Shown: in pieces, positions 52,745 through 64,000 of the stretch
Position numbering within the stretch: position 1 is the stretch's first letter
Layout of the letters: each line of letters begins with the position of its first letter
Program-made: the position numbers and the translations under genes
Notes under the pieces: model-generated
What the model was told of the DNA's origin: nothing
Databases searched by the model: none
The model's input: the letters and a program-made list of their open reading frames with translations, nothing else
Assembly: GCF_006345805.1 (NCBI RefSeq)
Contig: NC_042998.1
Location: 166,966,001-167,030,000 of the forward strand
DNA: 64,000 nucleotides
Direction: 5' to 3'
Source: Octopus sinensis
Taxonomy: Eukaryota

Positions 52745-53410
52745 TACGAATCATGCAATCAAGACCTATGCATAGCACTCGTGGAAACTCATCTGACCCT
52801 GATATAGAGGATGCAGAAGTACACGTACCAAAATATACCATGCTGCGAACAGGCAGAAGAGAAAGGAGACATGGTGAAGTTGCTGTATACATCCGTGAAG
52901 ACCTCAGGTCTTACTGTCATACTCAAATTCAATATCTGACACTCTAATTGTATATATAAGACAACAAAATATAGTCATATACAATACATATTGCCCACCG
53001 GATGCTCCAAACCACATCGGCAAGTTTGAAGATTGCCTCACAAGAATTAAAGAAATTCTCATGAAACTGGAACACAACGTGAGCGTATTTCTTATGGGTA
53101 ATTTCAACTTCTCCAATGTCAAATGGCCCGAAGTCTCATGCTCTCAGGAATGACTCATTGCAAAGAAGTACAGGAGGAACCCTGCTCAACTTCACCAATG
53201 CCCTATTCATGGAGCAAGATGTACTCAGACCAACTAGGGCGAATAACATTTTGGATCTCTATGGACATCGTTCATAATGTGAAAGTGACACTGACATTAG
53301 TCTCGGATCACAACATAATAGAGCTGTCTATGTATGAATCAAAAGTAGCCAGAGACATACAGCCTAAAGGAAGCACCCAAAATCTCTCCAATCGGAACTT
53401 CCACGGTTAA
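52745..53410 (+). mobile_element. CR1/L2-group LINE APE endonuclease remnant
   Basis: IALVETHL, YTMLRTGRRERRHGEVAVYIRED, LMGNFNF, PTRANNILDL, SDHN. Confidence 0.8.
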
Positions 53411-53497
53411 CCAACAACAGCAACAGTTTAAAATGGAACGAAGTAAATTATTCTCTTACACTAGTTACAAAGGTTTATCTTTTTTCATCTGTATATA

Positions 53498-53561
<64 letters not shown>

Positions 53562-55867
53562 CGTGATCAATTGTCAAGGGGACTTGACAGATTCGTTTCA
53601 TTAAATTGTTTTCTCTCTAAGCACAAAGCCAGCTTAAAAATAGAAAGAAGACATTGAATAATGCATTCTTGAATATAATAAAAGTATTTGTCCCAAAAGC
53701 AATGGATGGTAAAGGTATAGCTTAAAAAAAGTCTTTTATTATTTTTGCTCGATCTCTCGTGAAGATTAAAAACAACAGTATCAACTGCGCAAGAAGTATG
53801 CCAAACAAAATATGTCTAATTCAGCACAACAAAAATATACAAAATATTTCTGTCAATATGTTACAGGACCAATGGTTACATCACGTGTCTCAACAAGAAG
53901 CTAGAATAGGTTAAAGTCACAAACCATAACGGATTGTTTTCGCTTTTAAAAGCAAAACCATTACGTGTTAGTGAGTGATAAAATTCATGAAATAATTTCA
54001 TGTATCATGAGTAAAGGTGAATACTGGAATTTCAAAGGGAACTCTTCTTTTGGTTGCGTAATTCTTAATTTCTTTCAAACGTGGAAATGAGAAGGCCTTG
54101 CCCAAAACGCCATAATTTACTTTCTTCAGCACATGAACTTATATTGGTTTCAAGACCAGCACGTTTCAAGACAAGCACGCTTACATCGTCCACAGTGCTC
54201 AACTGGTACTTATTTCATCGACCCACCACTGTTCTCAACTCGGGGCTGTCTTTGCATCTTCCAGACCTTGTTGGTTGTGAATTGCTTTTATAGCATTGCT
54301 TTTTTTCTAGGTAGGTCTGTTGGCTTTATGCAAACCCGTATTTAGCTCTGGAAAGAAGTAGTCTATATTAGTCTGGTTTCTAATCTTTGACTTGTCCAGC
54401 ACAGGAAATCCTAACAGGAACTTGTGCTCCGCTTGCATGACTTTTAGGATCCTTGACCCCCGTAAGTTACCACACCGCAACAAGGAGTGAACCTATAATA
54501 ACAGTGATGTAAATTTGAAGAGAAAATGGAAAATGGAACGTAACTGAAGAAACGATAAACGTAGTTCCAACCCACCAGTAGTCACTAATTAAACAAATGA
54601 ATTCTACAAATGAATTCTACTTAATTATAGTAATGAGAAATGAGACAACAGTATGATGTTAGTGATGCAGATGCTTTGAAATAACTTATACTGACAAAGG
54701 AAACTAGTTCTATGGATACTTACTATGCTACTTTTACATTGATTTCTTTACATAAAAATCGGTTTCAGAATTCTGTGAAGCTAGGTAATATTTGCATACG
54801 TTCTTAAGGATTTTTTGCAAACAACTTACCGATGCACGTGCTACCGGATGCTAGTAAGTTTATGGAGTCATGAGGAGAGAATGCGTGCCGTTTCTGGGCC
54901 TACCTCTTGACAGCATCATTGTGCAATGGCCCCAGTCACTGAAATGGGGCTTGCTAGATTATCTGGTTATCAGAGGTCGCTCACTATTCTCGTCTCTTTT
55001 TAAACCAAATCCAGTGACTTGCCTTTTCCGCCGTGAATGACACAATGGATAAAATGACATTCATCCATTTCACAAACGTGTGAGAGATATAAATAAGTTC
55101 ACTGATTAAAAATAAGAATGGCAAATGGAACATAAACTGGGCTAACTTGGAGAGCATATCACCCCACTTCACCCCACTAACTATAATCAGCAATAAAACA
55201 CCCACTTTTAAATATAATATAAAGTCAGATGATAGATGGATGTGAATGTGCAAACACAATAGCACTATGCGATTTGTCCTTAATTTAGTATTATCAGCAC
55301 CAAGATACTTAAGATCCAGTAATAAGCTTCATATTTCTCTACCGGTTTGAAGTGAAAAGTGCATATTATTCAGAAAGGGAGGGGATGTTTTCGACTGAAT
55401 ATGTTTATGTGTGTTTGTGTTTGTATCCATGCATAAGTGCGTGATTATATGAAACTCAGACTCTTTATTTGGGAGTCCATCTGTGAATGTGCTGTCTCGT
55501 ATTTGGGGATTGTTTTTGTAAGTATGTGAATATATGTGTACGTGACTTTATAACCACATACACATGTGGTTCATAAGTGGATACACACACACACACACAC
55601 ACATACACACACATATGTATGTATGTATTTAGTATGTATAAATATGTATGCATTTCGCTTTGTAATGATCGTCCCTGCCTTCTAAGCTCTATGTTCCGAA
55701 TCGATAAATTATCAGTCGTCTAATATGTCAATTCTTCTCTTTATCGCATTCCGTTTGACGGTCGTTCGTCTGTCCATCGTCTGTCTATCTGCTCTGCTAT
55801 CATCAGGAAGAAATCAGTTGTAATCGGACCCGAAGCTAGATGAGCTCTGCCAGGTTCTAATAATGCC

Positions 55868-55998
55868 TATTTCTTTATTACCCACAAGGGGCCAAACACA
55901 GAGGGGACAAACAAGGACAGACATAGGTATCAAGTCGATTACATCGACCCCAGTGCGTAACTGGTACTTAATTTATCGACCCCGAAAGGATGAAAGGC
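55868..55998 (-). mobile_element. 5'-truncated young Meta-SINE
   Basis: 9-bp TSD AATAATGCC at 55859-55867 and 55999-56007. Confidence 0.9.
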
Positions 55999-56379
55999 AA
56001 TAATGCCGAAGATACGCTGTACACCTCGACGGCGCCCCAGGGATCTAAGTCTCGAAGGCAATGCAAACAAAATATAAATACAATGGTTTCGCCATAAAGT
56101 ATCATTATTTTGATTTTTCCCTTTTTTTTTATTTGTTTACAAGTTTTATTTTTCGTTTCGTTTTCCTCTTCATATTCTGTTCTATTTTATAAATGTAACA
56201 ATATTGAAACAATAGTTAATCAAGACAAACACACTTGAACGCAATTGTTTCTCTATGTCTATTATTTAAGACAATGGTGTTGGCGTGAATTGAAGGAATT
56301 ATCAAAACAATAGACAATTAAATACATATATGTTTGAAAGAAATTTTGTTCCCATTTACAAACAAATATTCATCTTTAT

Positions 56380-56775
56380 TATAGAGATATAAATATAGAT
56401 AGAGTTATATATACATACGCATATATATATGTATGTGTGTGTGTGTGTATATATGTATATATATATACATGTATATATACATACACACACACACACATAT
56501 ATATATAGATGTATATATATATACATATATACATATATATACATATATATTCACACATATATATATATACATATATATATCCACACAGATATATGTATAC
56601 ATATATATACATGTATACATATATATATTATATATATATATATACATGCATACATATATATATATAATACACACATACACACATATATAAATATATATAC
56701 TGGAGTATGTATGTGTGTATGTAACACTATACATATATATGTAACGATTGTGAGCTCGCGTTTGAACGTATGTTT

Positions 56776-56826
<51 letters not shown>

Positions 56827-56830
56827 TATG
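56380..56830. repeat. Long degenerate TA/CA/TG microsatellite
   Basis: Directly visible. Confidence 0.95.
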
Positions 56831-57224
56831 TGAAGGAGAATAATTATATATGCGTATATGTGAATATAACCTAAAAATTCACATGACTGGTTATTAATTC
56901 CATACAGCAAAAGTTGAATTTCTGGGTGTGTCTGAATTTTTGTGTTCACTGTATGTTGATGTGAAAATATGATTAGAATGACGTAAACTGATATTTTATG
57001 CAGTATTCAAACCCATTCTGCCACTTATAAGTTTATTTGTTATTTCTTTATAATTAATTGTGTATATTCTCATCAACACTTTCTCTGAACTAAACCACAT
57101 AAATTTCGATATTTATGACTTATTTTATAAAAAAAAAATCGTAGAAAGGTCGGGATTACTACACGCACATTTCTTTTAGGAAATCTACGCTATTCAAGCA
57201 TGCATGTGTGTGTATGTGTGTGTG

Positions 57225-57480
57225 AAGGCGTATGACATAGTGGTTATGGTGTTGTATTTACGATTGCGAGATCGTGGGTTCGATTCCCAGACCGGGTGTT
57301 GTGTTGTGTTCTTGAGCAAAACACTTCATTTCACGTTGCTCTGCGATCATTTCGTGCACCTGTACAGGGTATGTTGATTTGATGGAGGGAGTGAGGGCTC
57401 AATATAGAGGGACGATACAGGACAAACGGGTGGGAGTCATACAAAGAAGCGTGTACACAAGTTTTAATAAAAGGTGAAAA
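57225..57480 (+). mobile_element. tRNA-derived SINE related to the 9513 copy
   Basis: A/B boxes; shared TTGTGTTCTTGAGCAAAACACTTCATTTCACG. Confidence 0.65.
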
Positions 57481-57777
57481 GTTACTTATTTCACATGTAA
57501 CATAAAAAGAAAGGTGGTTCCCAAAAGGGGAAGTTTTCTGAGTTGATCGTGGAAAAGCCAAAAACTAACCTGGTCGCTAGAGCAAAGCCTAGAAGTTCAT
57601 AGTTAGTCAGACCCATTCAGTTTGACCATTCGTGCAATATTTGCGTATCTTCACTCAAATTTGCTCAAGGATAGTAACTTGCTCTCTCTAGCCTTAGTTC
57701 TTTTCAGGTGGCAGGTGTAGAACATTATTTACATTATTTACATTTGGCGGATATTTGTCCTCATCTTATTTGTTATT

Positions 57778-57823
57778 AACACAACTTTTCGGCTGATATA
57801 CCGTCCAGCCTTCGTCAGGTTTT
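57778..57823 (-). ncRNA. Minimal (PLE-type) hammerhead ribozyme, two positions off ideal
   Basis: AAAAC-CUGACGA-A-GGCUG-(10 nt)-CAGCC-GAAA-AGUU-GUGUU. Confidence 0.6.
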
Positions 57824-57889
57824 CTTGGGGAAATTTCGAACCTGGGTTCTCATTCCTAAAGTTTTTTTTTATGTAATTATTATTATTAT

Positions 57890-58637
57890 TGTATGTTTGA
57901 CTTTTGCTTTGCTTCTGTGCATGTTGGCTTCAAGTCTCATCCAGAGATCTCAAGAGAAACAAGTTAGAAGTTCATGTTGATGTTATGCCTAGGGTGCTAT
58001 ATTTGGTTTTGTACATAGTGTTGTTCTAGAGAATGTTTAAGAAACCATAAGAAAATTATGTGTTTGTTTTAAAATTTGAGATTACATAGACAGCATTTTG
58101 CGTAGGATATGGTCAGTTTCCATGAGCACTATCTTTGGAATTTCTGCCATTTTGGGGTTTCCTGGTATTTTGAGCTAGGTACCAATCAGCTCCTTTTGCT
58201 ATCGATCCCAGGGCACTTATGACAACAAGTATTGTTTTAGTTTTCAGATTCCACATTTTGCTAATTTCTATTTCAAGATCTTTATACTTATTCAGTTTTT
58301 GGTAGATCTTGACAGATACGTTTATATCGATTGGGACATTTACATCAGTGAGGAGGCATGATTTTTGTTTGAAATCTTTCAATATGATGTCTGGCCTACT
58401 CGCATCTATCTTTCTGTCATTTTGAATGGTGAAGTTCCAGAGGGGTGAGATGTGATCATTTTCAAGCACTGGGGGTGGTTTGTGTTCCCACCAGTTTTTA
58501 TCATGGGGCAAATCCAGGTTTTTGCAAATTACCCAGTGAATATATTGTGCAGCTCTATCATGCCTGTTGAGATACTCTGTAGGCGCAAGAAAACTACACA
58601 TGGAGATATGTTCATTTTGTTGTTGACATACACAGCA
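57890..58637 (-). mobile_element. Dong/R4 LINE 3' fragment with restriction-like endonuclease
   Basis: EYLNRHD..RPDIIL..LLTDV..KYKDLEIEISKMW..VVISALG; flanked by TAA repeats on both sides. Confidence 0.9.
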
Positions 58638-58668
<31 letters not shown>

Positions 58669-60799
58669 CAGGTCACTGCCAGGAATCGAACTCGGAATTT
58701 TGGGGTTAGTAGCCCGCACTCTTAACCACTACGCCATATGCCCATGCCAGACAGAAACGTACCCGTCCTCAAGCCTTTCAACCGTGACAGCTACACAACC
58801 TCTTTCGCAATAGTCACTATACAGAGAAAAACAGTCCGCCTTTCTCGGTTAATAGAAGGCGGTGGGACAATCTTAATGACGGACTCAGTTGGCAACTGTG
58901 CTCCTACCAGATGCGACAGCAGGTGTTCGACTTGCCGGCCACTAACCCTCTATAGAAAGACATGGTGGAACCCCCACCGCACGCGTTACCCGTTCGGCAG
59001 AGACGCGTGATAGCCTGACGGCACTCTGCTTGCCAAACACCCGACCTAGGTCTGCGCTTGATCCAAGAGTTTAGCTCGCTAAAAGATGCGAATTTGACGA
59101 AAGGCGACCACACCTGTTTAGGTAGAGCTGGAGATACCTCAGCCTCAGTACATGTCTGCGCATTTTTAGCATGCCCAGCCCTCCATTTTGCGGCGGTTGA
59201 CAGCAGATAGAGCGTCTGATCATCGGGCCCCGTCCTTTCCACAGAAAGCGGAAGAGTAAGCGATCCAACTTGGTCAGATATGAATCCAGAAAAGCACGAC
59301 GTTTAGGCGGTAAATGATGACGGATGTGATATACACATTCACTACCTCCGCCCGCTCTTTCAAGGATAGCTTTCTCTCAATCCATTTCTGGGTGAGATTG
59401 GCCACCCTACACGTTACCTCATCCCATTTTCTCTCTACTTGGAGCTCTGGTCCGAACCAGACTCCGAGCAATTTCACCGGTCCGTCCGTCCACCGTCCCA
59501 CGATGGTGTTGGGCAGCATCGACCTGCCTCTCTCGGTGCTAAGTTGCTGGGCGGTTCCCGTTACCACTTCGTAATCCCGTATGGTACCACCTATTAGCTG
59601 TAGGTGCTTGTCACAAGATACGATGACGGTAATGTCACCCGTATATGCTGGCACTGTCCTCCCGCACCTCAGATAACGCGGGATGCCTCTCAAAGCCTCC
59701 ATTTTCTGTAGTAATAGCTCAAGGGCCAGAACATACAGGAGGGAGGAGAGAGGTCATTCTTGGCGACCGAGTGTACAATGCAGAACTGCTCTTATAGATG
59801 ACCGTTCACCCGAACTTTCGATTGAATGTTACTGTACAAAGCTGTGATCCAGCCGCAGAAGGTTGGGCCAAATACGGTCGCCTGGAGAACTGCCGCCAGA
59901 TACCGTTGGTCTAACCTATCAAAGCTTTTAATTGATCTAAATGGATCAGTGTCCCTCCAAAAACAAGATTGTTTACCACCCTATGTATGGTATAGCGCAT
60001 GAGGTGGAGGTTGTCGTGGATGGTTCTGTTCGGGATGGCACAAGTTTGCACCTCCCCAACCAATTTATCGACGACAAGCGCCAACCTTTTTAAATCTGCA
60101 TTAAGCAGAGTGATGGGCATAAAATTATCAATTACGTTCCCCTTGTTTGTGTCTTTCCTTAGCACAACCACGGTCCCTCGGCTCACAGAACTAGGAATGC
60201 TCCTAATCTGCTGCCAGTTGCCGTAGAAGTTTGCCAGTAGGTTCCCAATCACGTCTAGCATACTATAATAGAATTCACCGGACAGACTATCGAATCCCGA
60301 TGATTTGCCCCCAACGCAACCCGACAAGGCACCCTTCACTTCCGCTTCTGATATCGGCCCTTCGCAGTACTCCGCTTCTCTTGCTGAGAGTCGCGCCAAG
60401 CGTATCGAGGAGTATGTATTTACGTTTTGAGTAAAGCATTCGCAGTACTTTAAGGTGGGGTTTCTAGTTCAACCTGGCAATATTTTCAGCGGAAACGTAA
60501 ATACAAAACGCCTTGGATGCGTTTTATTTACTTCTCAGTTTCAAAATAGCAGCACACGACGCACACTCGCATACACCGACGAGCTGAAGGTTGATTAAAC
60601 ACGCGATCTTGTCATGATTGTTCTAGCTGGTGAGATAGTTCCTAAACTGTACGGTATCCTGATTATACTTATGTTGTCACTCTTTCACGGATGCATGTTG
60701 ATTCCAGGCTGGTTTTAACTCAGAACTGTGAGGCACCAAACGAGAAACCGCCAACAATTAGTTCATCTCTTAATACTCATAACGTTAACTTTTAACATA

Positions 60800-61215
60800 T
60801 CTGCATACTCTTTTACTCTTTTACTTGTTTCAGGCTTTTGACTGTGGCCATGCCGAAGCACCGCTTTTAGTCGAACAAATCGACCCCAGGATTTATTCTT
60901 TGTAAGCCTAGTACTTATTCTATCGGTCTCTTTTGCCGAACCGCTAAGATACGGGGACGTAAACACATCAGCATCGGTTGTCAAGCGATGTTGGGCAGAC
61001 AAACGCAGACACACAAACATATACACACGCATACACATATATATACATATATACGATGGGCTTCTTTCAGTTTCCGTCTACGAAATCCACTAACAAGGCT
61101 TTGGTTGGCCCGAGGCTATAGTAGAAGACACTTGCCGAAGGTGCCACACAATGAAATTGAACCCGGAACTATGTGGTTGGTAAGCAAACTACTTAGCACA
61201 AAGCCACTCCTGCGC
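60800..61215 (-). mobile_element. Full-length CORE-like SINE
   Basis: Homologous to the 49416 copy. Confidence 0.88.
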
Positions 61216-61814
61216 CTGCAATTATATAATATTTCGTTATCAATGTGTTCAGGCGAAAGGAAATACTAAGCATAGATTTAGTTTTGAATTTAGTGTAGAC
61301 AGGTGAAAAAATGGCATTTTGCACCAGTTTCATCAGAGTCTGCATAATCCCCGCTCCTTCATTTATAACTAATAATAGTTATCAACATTATAGAGATTAC
61401 ATATAAATTTGTCCACGAATAAAAATCAGATATTCAAAATTTCAGTCATCTAAAAAAAATTTTAGTATAATTACAAAATATTTATTTCTTAACAAACTTT
61501 AACATCATCTGTATACAGTAAACGATTTATGAACAAACAGTTCAATAACCATCCTATTGCTGACAGTGAGATGGTAAAATTTTAAGTATGAATTATTTGT
61601 CCATTTAAAGCGATACATATAAAATATATTCTGTTTAATTACAAAGAGTCTTTGAAAGAATTAGTGATTAACTTCACCCTTTTTTTTCTCATAAAGACAG
61701 ATGCTCTATATGGACTTTTAAATTGGGTAAGTTATTGAAATTTAGGTCGCATTTCTCATTTTTTATCTCATATCCTGCAAGCACGTACACATATTATATA
61801 TATATATATATATA

Positions 61815-61896
<82 letters not shown>

Positions 61897-62049
61897 TACA
61901 TACATACATATATATATATATATATGTATAATATATATATATATATATATATTATATATGTATATATATATGTATATATATATATATACACACACATATA
62001 TATATATACATATATATGTGTATATTACTTTATTTGCTTTTTGTTTTTT

Positions 62050-62389
62050 ACTTGGGCTACCATCTTGAATAATTTTAGTCGGATGAATCGATCCCGGTAT
62101 TCACCAAGATTTTTTAAAGCTTGGTACTTATACTATCAGTCTCGTTTGCTGAACCGCTAAGTTACGGGGGTGTAAACACTCCAATACCGGTTGTTAAGAG
62201 GTAGTGGAGGATAAACACACACGCGCACGCACACACATATATACAACGGACTTCTCACAAATTCCGTTTACTAAATCCACTCACAAGGCTTTGGTCGGCC
62301 CGAGGCTATGGTAGAAGATAGTTGCCGAAGGTGCTACGCAGTGAAACTGAACCTGGAACTATGTGTTAGGAAGCAAGCTTCTTACCAAT
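62050..62389 (-). mobile_element. CORE-like SINE, diverged
   Basis: Homologous to the 49416 copy; head interrupted by a V-SINE. Confidence 0.75.
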
Positions 62390-62685
62390 GTTGTTTCTTC
62401 CTTCTCGAGCTATGCCTGGCTTATAAGGGCCGGTTTATCGGTTTCATTGGCGTATAGGTTCCCCATCTGAACGGGACGCCGGTCCGTCGCAGGTGAGCTG
62501 CTAGATGCAGGAAGAAAGAGAGAGATAAAGTTGTGACGAAAGAGTCAACAGAAGTTCGCCATTACCTTCTGCCGGATCCGCGTGGAGCTTAAGTGTTTCG
62601 CTCATAAATACACACATCGCCCGGTCTGAGAGTCGAACCCGCGATCCTTCGACCGCTGCTCTAACACTAGGCCACGTGCCTACAC
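62390..62685 (-). mobile_element. V-domain SINE inserted into the head of the CORE-like SINE
   Basis: TGCGACGGACCGGCGTCCCGTTCAG V-domain; 12-bp TSD CTTCTTACCAAT (62378-62389 and 62686-62697). Confidence 0.85.
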
Positions 62686-63199
62686 CTTCTTACCAATAGT
62701 GTACAATATTTGTATTTAGTTAGATGACTTCTCCAAAAACAAGTCAAGGTTCTATTTTCATCATTAGTATGTAACTTTCTGGATAATTTGAAGGAGACCT
62801 CAGCGGCTATTTCTAGCAGCACGAATAATCACATAAAAAATTTTGCATTAGTACATATGACTGTTTGTTTGTAATATTAATAACTGACGATGAACGCCAA
62901 TGGGTAGTTTTGTATAATAATTTTCTCCACCATATGTAACTTTTCAGTGAAATATGTAAGCCAAAAAATTCTCATACATTTATGATAAATGAAAATATTC
63001 AGTGAATTATTTTTTTACAAGGAAGAATACTGTTCATTGTTTTTTTTAGTCTTTTTTTTTCAGCTCCACAGTTGTTTTATATCAAGAATATTTAAGTCTA
63101 AAATAACATATTTGTCTTCCAAACAGCAGAATTGTTTTATTAACAAGTTTTGTAAAATAGTTTACATACATTAAAAAAAATAAATCGTTTACTTAAAAT

Positions 63200-64000
63200 A
63201 AAATTATTGAAATTATTGTGACTCCGACACATCTTAACAAAACCACTAAATTACATAACGAAGGAGAGATCCACCAACTCAGTTCATTTGTTGCCAAAGG
63301 CCTACAAAAACGAAACCGAATTAGGAACTGGGAATTAGTGTGCCTCCCTACGGACAAGTCTGGCAGACTGTCGATAGACAGCCCACAGAACTATGTCTAG
63401 ACCATGCAACAATAGCATGAGAGAAGTTCCACCACGGGAGCATGAAAGAGTGGGAAAATATCCTCAATGCCCACATGAGAATGTGGTGCAACATACACCA
63501 ACCCCAAAAAGGGACTGCACAAAAATTCCAAGCATTCAACAACAGTGTTCCTACGCTATATGGATTACGTAAGGACCACACACCCTACGTAAACCCTGTT
63601 ATGGGGCCCCCAACGCGACCAGTTTGCGGAGCAAATATCTCTTGCAATTATAGACTATCCTACTTCCTCTCACAGGTGTTACGACCACTCATTAAAATGT
63701 CCCGGATGACTCCCCCAAGAGAATCAGTAGTCGCAACCACTCCAACGACCTCGCAGGTTGTATAGTGGGTAGTATGAATGTAGTTTCACTCTACCGATCT
63801 ATAAACATAGATTTTACTGAGGAAAAATGCGTTGAGATTATCTGTGAGTGAAGGTGAGTTCCACGAAGTCAACACAAGATGAACTGGGCGACCTTAAACT
63901 AAGCTATGACTATAACTACCTAGACAATAATGACCTTAGTAGATTCTGCCTCACCAGGTCACAGAAGGGAAAACCATCCACCTCGGCAGTGAAAAAAAGC
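63200..64000 (+). mobile_element. Penelope-like element RT N-terminal remnant
   Basis: LPTDKSGRLSID and VPTLYGLRKDH..GPPTRPVCGA..LSYFLSQVLRPL; stops and frameshifts. Confidence 0.8.

Larger units (their letters stand above)
57722..58743 (-). mobile_element. tRNA-headed SINE with a hammerhead-bearing tail (interrupted by Dong)
   Basis: Head GGGCATATGGCGTAGTGGTTAAG..GAGTTCGATTCC (58743-58671), (TAA)n linker, tail containing a hammerhead core and (TGTAAATAA)2. Confidence 0.75.
57590..60400 (-). mobile_element. Tx1-clade LINE ORF2 (RT and C-terminus), decayed, interrupted at 57722-58743
   Basis: CEGPISEAEV..GKSSGFDSL..NFMPITLLNADLK..IHDNLHL..AYTGDI..VKLLGVWFG..GGLGM; the C-terminus resumes below 57722. 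Confidence 0.85.

Overview
This is repeat-dense, AT-rich animal genomic DNA. The SINE families and microsatellite load look cephalopod/Octopus-like (from recall, not verified by search). No complete protein-coding gene is present, and almost all listed ORFs are microsatellite or transposon artefacts. The window is a mosaic of tRNA-derived SINEs (Meta-domain, CORE-like with an internal microsatellite, V-domain), decayed LINEs (Tx1, Dong/R4, HERO, RTE, CR1), Penelope-like element (PLE) fragments, Helitrons, one full-length decayed Tc1, MITEs and microsatellites. The only clearly host-derived coding sequence is one intact 141-nt exon encoding part of the extended PHD finger of a trithorax/KMT2A-type protein (24746-24886, minus), with no neighbouring exons recognisable. 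Main leads: (1) an unannotated, complete type I hammerhead ribozyme fold at 30779-30831; (2) a tRNA-headed SINE carrying a PLE-type minimal hammerhead (57722-58743), nested in a Tx1 LINE and itself hit by a Dong LINE; (3) further degenerate hammerhead cores and (TA)n-anchored foldback or tandem units, suggesting a non-autonomous PLE/ribozyme retroelement system; (4) a Meta-SINE subfamily inserting at GG(T/C)AT, including into its own older copies; (5) the orphan KMT2 exon.
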